A stretch of 46,619 bases of DNA from positions 1-46,619 of the forward strand of contig RXOA01000140.1 of the NCBI GenBank assembly GCA_003979035.1. Reading direction: 5' to 3'. Made by a program: the position numbers and the translations under genes. Under the pieces are notes generated by a model, which was given only the letters and a program-made list of their open reading frames with translations, was not told where the DNA came from and made no database searches. Below, piece by piece: positions 29,337 through 35,998 of the stretch. Source of the stretch: Candidatus Bipolaricaulota bacterium. GTDB lineage: Bacteria; Bipolaricaulota; Bipolaricaulia; UBA7950; UBA9294. Position 1 is the first letter of the stretch. Every line of letters starts with the position of its first letter.

Positions 29337-30029
29337 GTGATCGCAGTCTCCCACAAACCTCGAGGCATGGGCACAATACCACGCCTTGCTGTCGTGTCTT
29401 TGTGCTTCGTGCTGTCGACAGTCGCGCCCACCCTCAGCGCACAGGCAGCAACCACCTATGATCGTCTGGCTGCTTGCCGATATGCACAAGACTACTGGGA
29501 CAAGACCTGCAGCGATGGCTACTACTTCGCCCACACCGATGGGCCGAGCTTGCTTGGGGCCGGGCAGCCGCTGCCAACCGAGACAGAAGGGTTCGATTGT
29601 GCGCACTTCGTGTCCTGTTGCATCGGCAGCGAGTCGAATGAGCCGGCCGGCGGGCTCGATATCCCCTCCAGAACCTCCGCCTACGGTGAGCCGGGCGCAC
29701 AGCGGCTGGTGAACTGGCTGATGCGGCAGGGCTCAACGCGTGTTGATGAGCTATCCGCCCTGAACCCTGGCGATGTCGTTGCCTACGATCACGAGCACGA
29801 CGGATGGATTGATCACGTGGCCCTCTACATGGGTGACGGCCTTGTCACGGCACACTCCCTTGGCCGCTTCAGCGAATGGACCCCCGATCCCGACGCCGAG
29901 ATCATCCTGCTTCATCTTCCCGGACCGTATGAACCGCCGCCGAATGCGCTTGGGTATGTTTGGCTGGCCACGATTGCCATCGTCGTCACCGGATTGCTCG
30001 CCGCAGTCCTTCTGCTGAAGTATCCATAA
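29337..30029 (+). CDS. exported amidase-domain protein (papain-like Cys/His, putative cell-wall amidase) with C-terminal TM anchor
   Basis: GTG 29337 follows GGAGAGG. Signal peptide ..LCFVLSTVAPTLSAQA, catalytic-type FDCAHFVSCCIG and IDHVALYMGDG, C-terminal VWLATIAIVVTGLLAAVLLL. Confidence 0.6.
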   Translation: MIAVSHKPRGMGTIPRLAVVSLCFVLSTVAPTLSAQAATTYDRLAACRYAQDYWDKTCSDGYYFAHTDGPSLLGAGQPLPTETEGFDCAHFVSCCIGSESNEPAGGLDIPSRTSAYGEPGAQRLVNWLMRQGSTRVDELSALNPGDVVAYDHEHDGWIDHVALYMGDGLVTAHSLGRFSEWTPDPDAEIILLHLPGPYEPPPNALGYVWLATIAIVVTGLLAAVLLLKYP

Positions 30030-30287
30030 CGCCACCGTCAGCTGATTCCCCGCTTGACTCCATGCGCAGAACCCAACGAGCACTGACGCTCCGGCAAGTG
30101 ATCACACTTAGTCGCTCCCAAGAGAAGAAGGTAGTGCAACATCACCACCAGAATCGGGGGCTTGATGCCTACCCTCGGGATGAAGAGCGACAGGCAGGGC
30201 TGATTGAGCTGTAGCCAAGCTGGAGTCCTGCAACAGCCTCACTACGGCCCCTGCACACAAGGCTTATCGTATGCCACTTGACTTGAG

Positions 30288-31844
30288 CTAGCTTGACAGC
30301 TTCGCCGCAACGATCCGTCCGACGGTTGTAGCATGAAGCCCAAGATGTTCCGCAACATCACGTCTGGTATACCCGTGCCGCGTCACCGCAGCAACTATTG
30401 CGCTATCCCTCTCTGCTTTGGTTGTGGCTCTGAAGAAGATCCTGTGTAGAGTCATTGGTGCTTCGCTTAACAGGAAGGCATACTGCTGGTTCCGGCCGAA
30501 AAGCGCCTTTCGGCTCTCAAGTGGAACATGGATTTCCTCTAGCAGGCATGAGCGGATCAGTACCGAAAGGGCTTGACTCAGGAAGTACAAATCCTTCTCC
30601 TTCGCAGCGCTCCGCTTCAGGTGCTCTGAGTAGTGTGTGTAGTAGTTGCGTGACCCGACGACGTCCTTGATGAACTCATCCACGTCTCCGACGACCGGGG
30701 GAAGGCTTTCACCTGCAGAGGCCACCAGCTGTCGAAGGCGATCGCGGAGTGAGAACTCGTTCTGCCACCTGAATTCGCCTTTCAGCCAGGATCGCAGCCC
30801 ATATGGGCAAACGCCGAGGATCTCCTTGCGGCGCTTCCTGAACTCGGGTTTCGGAAGGCGCTCTCCGGGGAATCGCCGCCTATGGTACACCTCAGCAGCC
30901 TGAGCTAGCATGAGGAAGGCCCTGTCTACTCCAATGTTTTCCGAGTACAGAGAGTGTGTGGTTAGCGCGATCGTGTTCTCAAGATCAGAGAAACATTCCA
31001 TCCATTTAGAAAGGCTTGCAGAGAAGTGAGAAGCGATGTCCTGATACGTGAACAGCATCCTGTGTGGAGCAAGAACTCCAGGATCATCCACAGGTACCAA
31101 TCTCGTGCGGAAGTAGACCTCCAGGGGATTCGGTCGCTCAATACCATCCGAGAGTGTATACGTGGAAGAGCTGCTGTTGACGACCAGACTGAGCAAGGCG
31201 GTTGCTCGATCAGTGCCCAGGCTGACCAGTTTCTGAAGAGGTAGTACCACTTTCTGGTAGATCTCCTCGATGTCCATTGCCTCTTTGAGCTCAACGTTGA
31301 ACTCAGCATTTCGTGAGAGCTCAATCCTTTGCTTCGGATTCCCTGTGTAGCTGTGCGAGCAGACAAGTCTCACAGTTCCACAGGGGGTGTCTGCCGCAGC
31401 AATCGGAGAGGAGGCATCGCAGAGCGCCTCAATCCTGCTGCCTTCGCCAACCTTGCTCGCCCGATGAATCCTAATCGGCGGCACTCGTGCCCAGTCGACG
31501 AGAAACTGCAACATGACACGGACCCTGGAGAATTCTCGGCTATTCGGCGTGTCAAGATGCGCTCCGGAATAGGCAACATCAGGTCGGTATCTTTCCCTGA
31601 ATGGACCACCGGTAGTGAAAGAGAAACCGGCGCTCCGGGCACTCTCAAGCGTGATGCTTCCGTGACCTTCGACTGCCCCAAGAATGATGGGGATCTCGTC
31701 AGGTGCCTTCGATGGGGTATCCGAAAGAGAACCTACAAGCCTCAGCTCCAATCCTTCAGTCCGAGAGAAGCGAAGGACACCGGCGACAGCATTGGTTTCT
31801 TGATCTGGGAGCCACCACAGGCCCATCTGCTCGAATGACTTCAC
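30288..31844 (-). CDS. ApeA-like HEPN defence protein with extra C-terminal HTH
   Basis: 518 aa. N-terminus GLWWLPDQETNAVAGVLRFSRTEGLELRLVG (ApeA N-terminal-domain style). HEPN Rx4H motif in VVGSRNYYTHYSEH. C-terminal AERDSAIVAAVTRHGYTRRDVAEHLGLHATTVGRIV resembles a DnaA-C/transposase-associated HTH. GTG 31844 follows GAGAGG. Confidence 0.65.
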   Translation of the reverse strand: MKSFEQMGLWWLPDQETNAVAGVLRFSRTEGLELRLVGSLSDTPSKAPDEIPIILGAVEGHGSITLESARSAGFSFTTGGPFRERYRPDVAYSGAHLDTPNSREFSRVRVMLQFLVDWARVPPIRIHRASKVGEGSRIEALCDASSPIAAADTPCGTVRLVCSHSYTGNPKQRIELSRNAEFNVELKEAMDIEEIYQKVVLPLQKLVSLGTDRATALLSLVVNSSSSTYTLSDGIERPNPLEVYFRTRLVPVDDPGVLAPHRMLFTYQDIASHFSASLSKWMECFSDLENTIALTTHSLYSENIGVDRAFLMLAQAAEVYHRRRFPGERLPKPEFRKRRKEILGVCPYGLRSWLKGEFRWQNEFSLRDRLRQLVASAGESLPPVVGDVDEFIKDVVGSRNYYTHYSEHLKRSAAKEKDLYFLSQALSVLIRSCLLEEIHVPLESRKALFGRNQQYAFLLSEAPMTLHRIFFRATTKAERDSAIVAAVTRHGYTRRDVAEHLGLHATTVGRIVAAKLSS

Positions 31845-31907
31845 GTTAGCCTCTCGAATCTACGCTTACGCGTTCCGTCGATACCCACATCTCACTCCTT
31901 ATATCGT

Positions 31908-31924
31908 ATCATGAATATCATGAT
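31908..31924. promoter_or_regulatory. perfect palindrome upstream of the ApeA-like gene (candidate operator)
   Basis: ATCATGA-ATA-TCATGAT, 64-80 nt upstream of the start, in a 43% GC spacer. Confidence 0.35.
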
Positions 31925-31990
31925 CAGATAAGGCAAGAGATCCGCCAGCGGTGTATGTCACCTATACATGAGATTGTCACAGGCCATGCA

Positions 31991-32392
31991 TCAATCTCTT
32001 GGGTGGAAGCTGCTTATGCACCTAAGCTGACGAAGAGCTGCGGCCATCTCTTCGTCACAGACGTGGTTGTAGATCGTTGTTGTCGATTTATCAGCATGCC
32101 CTAGCGCGTCCTGCACAAGGCGGATGTTTCGGCTTTCACGGAGAAAGTCGGCCGCAACCGTATGTCGGAGGGGGTGAGGGTGGACGTTCTTCATGATGCC
32201 TGCCTTGCGCGAGTGTCGCTTCGCCATTTGCTGGACATGGCATCTGGAAACAGCTCTCCCCGCGCGAGTTGTGAAGATATGAGTTGACAGGTGCTGCCAG
32301 AGTGATTGAGAGCACTGATCGAACAAGCAGAGACAAACGTCTGGGGCAATGGCGCAGGATCGCAACCGAGAGGCGACCTTGCTATTGCGCAA
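31991..32392 (-). pseudogene. tyrosine recombinase/integrase remnant (C-terminal catalytic part only)
   Basis: Retains HPHPLRHTVAADFL (H-x-x-R box) and LGHADKSTTTIYNHV (the catalytic Tyr region). The N-terminal about 200 aa, including the first Arg box, is absent. The upstream frame is closed and the next gene begins at 32615. Confidence 0.7.
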
Positions 32393-32614
32393 AATTGCAG
32401 CCAGGAGGCGATCCTGCTATCCCCCGCCGCTACGGGAACCATGAAATCGTTCGGCTGGTGAAGCCTGGGCAAGCAACTGGAGGTCTCTTGCTCTGACGTA
32501 TACCTGAGCCTAAAGTGGCCTTCCTAAGGATCTCCACTGCTTCGGCTTCTCGGAGCCACGTCTCAAGCGGGAGCCCCAACGGTGTACATGTGGAACACTA
32601 CGATGATTCTCGGC

Positions 32615-33757
32615 TCAAGTCCGCAAATCCCAATGGCTTGGTTTTCCATCTTTCGAGTCGTTCTGCGTTGGAGGCAGCGATACTCTACCCGTACGCATTA
32701 CTGTGTAGATAGCTTCAGTAACTACGTTATAGATGGTCTCACGAACTAGCGGATCTGCAGTCCGCAGCTCATGGACTACATCTTCGGAGGACAGGAATTC
32801 CCTGATGCCGAAGGTCGGGCCACGCACTTCCAGTTTGGCCCCCCTTCCGAATACTAGGTACTTCAAGGCGTAGAGAGCGGCACCTTCGCTTCCTCCCCTC
32901 TCCAAGCTAAGCTCCACCTTTCGCCTTACCTCTTCTTTGCTGTCCGCCGCAGTGAAACTCCCTTCGCTGTCCAGCACGTCCGTGTCGGCGCCAGTTAGGC
33001 TATGTGCAGTTGGTATGTACAGGTTCGTTAAGCGAAACTCCTTCTTCATACCGATGTACTCATGATAGGCATGCCATATTGCCCGTTCATCATAGCCAGA
33101 CAGTGTGAAACCGTACTTGCTGCTCGTACGAGACAGGTACACCATGTTCAGGAATGGTCTGATATACCGAACAAACGGAGACATCTCTACCAGATGGTGC
33201 TTGTAGGATGCGATTTCGTCAACGCTGCCCTTGGAGAGCGCACTGAAATACCCTAGCAGGCTTCCGAGAAGCGCATTCCCCCGGATTCTGGAGTTCAGGA
33301 GTCTACTCTCGTAGACGACCCTGTGCTGCACTCTCGACATACCTTGCCGCCGAAGGGCATCCACGAACAGCTTTGCGTCACGTAGGGCAGCTGCTTCGTC
33401 CCGGCCAGTGATCGCACCGTAGTATCTATCAAACACCAGGAGCCGGACACTCAAGCCTGCCCGAGTCAGGTCTTCCAGGTAGCGAAGGAAGGTAGCATGT
33501 ACCAAGTTGGGAGAATCCGCAGGCGTAACCGGCCAGTAAATGAATCGCTGACGGCGCATCATCGCTGGGTTGTCGAGCAACTCAGCATGTTCAAGCACTA
33601 GACCAGCCTCAACTAGATCGCGCACAAGAGACACATTTACCCCACCCTTCGTATGGGATATGAACCAGGCCTTCATCTGCTGTGGTGATCTATACCGCCA
33701 AAAAAGCCAAGCCATGATGAGAGTGACAACTGACAGGACTATCGTCAGAATCTCCAA
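32615..33757 (-). CDS. membrane-anchored protein with degenerate class-Ic aaRS (TyrRS/TrpRS)-like domain; function unknown
   Basis: Start reassigned to TTG 33757, 5 nt after GGAGGA, overlapping the radical-SAM stop by 13 nt. N-terminal TM EILTIVLSVVTLIMAWLFW. WPVTPADSPNLVHATF, AGLSVRLLVFDRYYGAITG and LTGADTDVLDSEGS occur in the order of the TyrRS HIGH / GDP / KMSKS regions, but the signatures are lost. Confidence 0.55.
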   Translation of the reverse strand: MEILTIVLSVVTLIMAWLFWRYRSPQQMKAWFISHTKGGVNVSLVRDLVEAGLVLEHAELLDNPAMMRRQRFIYWPVTPADSPNLVHATFLRYLEDLTRAGLSVRLLVFDRYYGAITGRDEAAALRDAKLFVDALRRQGMSRVQHRVVYESRLLNSRIRGNALLGSLLGYFSALSKGSVDEIASYKHHLVEMSPFVRYIRPFLNMVYLSRTSSKYGFTLSGYDERAIWHAYHEYIGMKKEFRLTNLYIPTAHSLTGADTDVLDSEGSFTAADSKEEVRRKVELSLERGGSEGAALYALKYLVFGRGAKLEVRGPTFGIREFLSSEDVVHELRTADPLVRETIYNVVTEAIYTVMRTGRVSLPPTQNDSKDGKPSHWDLRT

Positions 33758-34809
33758 TCGTATCCTCCAACGCTCTGATTGCGCCGCGCCACAAACAGCT
33801 GTGCCCACTCTGGACGGAGCGGGAACAGCCCCTGAAGTCCGCCGAGTATCTCGCGCACAGCTTCAGCGTCCCGCGTTCTTACATAGGGTAGCACGTTCCC
33901 TCTGGAAGCAGCTCCAGCTCGGCAAGCTGACATAGTACCGTCCGGAGAAATCCGGACATGGCAGAAGCCCTCCGAGCAGTATGAGCGCATTCCGCAATCA
34001 CGGCAAACCCCAGCAGTTGGGACTTGACCGAAGTCCCTCAGGATCAGCCGCGTGCTGTCCCCTTCGTAGAGGGTATTCGGGTGGCTGAACGGGCGCCGGT
34101 AGTTGCTCGGTCGCAGACCAAGCGCCCGCACGGATGCTCTGAACTGGTTGAGAGCGTCACATGTCTCCGCTGCCTCGGCGGGCACTCTCGGTATGAAGTG
34201 AAGAAATTCAGGTACGAAACCATACGTGTTGCAGAAATCGACGATCTCGCGGATCGCCGACATCGACGTAGTCAGCTCAGGCAACAACACAGTGTTCGTG
34301 TGAACTTCAATCTGAGACTTCGACAAGAGATCCGCATTCGCTAGAAGCACGCGTCGAGGCATATTGACGCCCGTGATCATTTTGTATGCGTGGGGGTTCA
34401 AAGAGTTGATTGAAAGGTTGATCCGTGCTATTGCATGGAATGCAGAGTGAAGAGGGAAGAGGGTCATGGAGGAATTTGTCGTCAGATGGACTTTCTTGCC
34501 TGTCGTAGTCCAGATCTGGAGGCACAGGCTTGCGAGGTCCGGGTAGAGCAACGGTTCTCCCCCAGCAATCGCGAAACCCTCCAGAAGAGGAAGTCCAGCA
34601 TCCGCAACGAATAGAAAGTCCTCAAGGTTCATCTCCTGCTGTGCGTCAGGAGACATGCCTTCGCTATGGCAGTATGTGCAGGAGTAGTTGCAGGAGGAAG
34701 TGACCAAGATACGAAGGATCTGCGTAATCGCCGCATTCGCATGCCGATCTGCAGAGCTGGCTGGATCAGGAAGCGACTCTTCACTCTGATGCTTTAAATG
34801 TTCCATCAT
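33745..34809 (-). CDS. radical SAM enzyme, MoaA-like architecture
   Basis: 354 aa. LRILVTSSCNYSCTYCHSEG (CxxxCxxC), GGEPLLYPDL, TTNS, and a C-terminal second Cys cluster CRDCGMRSYCSEGFCHVRISPDG, analogous to the MoaA auxiliary-cluster region. Confidence 0.75.
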   Translation of the reverse strand: MMEHLKHQSEESLPDPASSADRHANAAITQILRILVTSSCNYSCTYCHSEGMSPDAQQEMNLEDFLFVADAGLPLLEGFAIAGGEPLLYPDLASLCLQIWTTTGKKVHLTTNSSMTLFPLHSAFHAIARINLSINSLNPHAYKMITGVNMPRRVLLANADLLSKSQIEVHTNTVLLPELTTSMSAIREIVDFCNTYGFVPEFLHFIPRVPAEAAETCDALNQFRASVRALGLRPSNYRRPFSHPNTLYEGDSTRLILRDFGQVPTAGVCRDCGMRSYCSEGFCHVRISPDGTMSACRAGAASRGNVLPYVRTRDAEAVREILGGLQGLFPLRPEWAQLFVARRNQSVGGYDWRF

Positions 34810-34860
34810 TCCCTACCTTCAAACAGACTATTATACTGCGGAATTCCAGTGGCCCAAACC

Positions 34861-34933
34861 GGAGGTAATCGGATTCGAACCCGCACCCTCTCGCGTGTAA
34901 GGCAGGCGCTCTCCCGACTAGAGCTACATCGCC
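34861..34933 (-). pseudogene. decayed/chimeric tRNA copy (anticodon position reads UAC)
   Basis: The D arm and most of the anticodon arm fold. The T stem (GCGGG vs CCGAT) and acceptor stem (GGCGATG vs TACCTCC) cannot pair, and there is no CCA. About 85% identical to tRNA-Ala at 35243-35319. Confidence 0.7.
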
Positions 34934-35002
34934 AATGTCTGGGTCAAAGCGCTGGAGGTTATGGTGTTCTGTGGCGCGAAGACGGCTCACACGGATCTCG
35001 GG

Positions 35003-35045
35003 TTAACGATTCTCACGCTGTACCTTACGATTCCTTAACGATTCC
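35003..35045. repeat. three direct copies of TTAACGATTC-like 10-mer
   Basis: TTAACGATTC (35003-35012), TTACGATTCC (35025-35034) and TTAACGATTC (35035-35044), between the tRNA scar and tRNA-Ala. Confidence 0.6.
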
Positions 35046-35242
35046 TGGCACAGAGCACTTGGAGATCCCCCTCCATACAGAGACACGTGGAAACACTCAT
35101 CAAGGGTCGATGCAATTGAATACGGGGCTGGCGGTCTGTTGAAAATAAGACTGGAAGAGAAGATTGAAAGCCTCATCGGGGCACTTCTGGTTCGGAGAAG
35201 CGGGAGCCGCGAAGCCTCCCGGACACTTTTGCTGGTCAAGTC

Positions 35243-35319
35243 TGGTGGAGGTGATCGGATTCGAACCGACAGCCTCCCGCGTGCAAGGCGGGCGCTCTCC
35301 CGATTAGAGCTACACCCCC
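35243..35319 (-). tRNA. tRNA-Ala (UGC)
   Basis: Acceptor GGGGGTG/CACCTCC with the G3:U70 identity pair, anticodon arm CCCGC-CTTGCAC-GCGGG, T arm GTCGG-TTCGAAT-CCGAT, encoded CCA. Confidence 0.9.
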
Positions 35320-35343
35320 AATGTTTGGGTCAAAGCGTTGGAG

Positions 35344-35371
35344 ATTATAGCGTTCTGTGGCGCTCAGGCAA
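35344..35371 (-). promoter_or_regulatory. putative tRNA-Ala promoter
   Basis: The minus strand reads TTGCCT (35371-35366), a 16-nt spacer, then TATAAT (35349-35344), 24 nt upstream of the mature 5' end. Confidence 0.5.
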
Positions 35372-35388
35372 TCGCACGCTGTCGCCGG

Positions 35389-35772
35389 CTACAGGTAGAC
35401 AAAGTAGCACACGTGCCACGCGGTGTTGATGGCCAGTCCGGCCACCACGGATACGTTGATGACCGATGCGATGTTCCGTCCGCGAAGCAGGATGTACGCC
35501 GGAACGACAAGCGCCATCAGGCGAAGCGTGATCAGAAGCGCCAGCTCGCCTCCCGGACCGCCGTGTCCCGACAGGTAGAACATCCCCTGAACGACCCATC
35601 CCAGGACGGACATGCCGACAAAGACCCACGGGTTCAGGTTGTGTTTGCGGGCAATGTGAAGGACGCGCCCCAGCCACCAGACGATCGGACGGGTCACGCG
35701 CGCGAGCCGTCCTTCTCGAAGAAACACCAGGAACCCATCGAAGCTTCGGTGCAGTACGGTATCAGATTCCAC
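35389..35772 (-). CDS. hypothetical small membrane protein
   Basis: 127 aa with 3 hydrophobic segments (WVFVGMSVLGWVVQGMFYL, LALLITLRLMALVVPAYILL, VINVSVVAGLAINTAW). The opposite-strand ORF 35338..35892 looks like a shadow frame. Confidence 0.5.
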   Translation of the reverse strand: MESDTVLHRSFDGFLVFLREGRLARVTRPIVWWLGRVLHIARKHNLNPWVFVGMSVLGWVVQGMFYLSGHGGPGGELALLITLRLMALVVPAYILLRGRNIASVINVSVVAGLAINTAWHVCYFVYL

Positions 35773-35998
35773 TCTTCTCCAAAGCGAAGAGACCCTCAGA
35801 GGGGCCGCTTCGCGCTTGCGTTGCTAGAGTCTAGAGAGGCTTGGTCCCCTCATCGCTTCCCACGGTACGCGGCGAACATCAACGCACGATGAACATGCTG
35901 TGTGTATTTTGTGGGGTTGGCGCGAAATTGGCAAGGACACGCGACGCATCCCGCGTGGACATGCGCCACGAGACGTCGCCGATTGGCCGTGGCCTCGC

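Larger units (their letters stand above)
30050..34933. mobile_element. low-GC genomic island remnant next to a tRNA scar (boundaries approximate)
   Basis: Spot GC counts of 60-nt lines are 42-43% (31861, 33001) versus 58-62% in the flanks (10201, 24601). Contains a truncated tyrosine integrase, an ApeA-like gene and an orphan radical-SAM pair. The right edge is a decayed tRNA copy. No clear direct repeat was found at the left edge. Confidence 0.6.

Noticed and set aside
30030-30287. Left att repeat of the island, or a small gene downstream of the ApeA-like gene
   Set aside because: No match to the tRNA 3' segment could be seen by eye. ORFs 29751..30083 and 29960..30214 lack an RBS and any recognisable composition.
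34861-34933. Functional tRNA-Val(UAC)
   Set aside because: The acceptor and T stems cannot base-pair, the anticodon stem has a C-A mismatch, there is no CCA and the -10 element is degraded. Treated as a pseudogene/att hybrid.
35338-35892. 184-aa plus-strand ORF
   Set aside because: Highly charged, low-complexity translation. The opposite strand encodes a plausible 3-TM protein.
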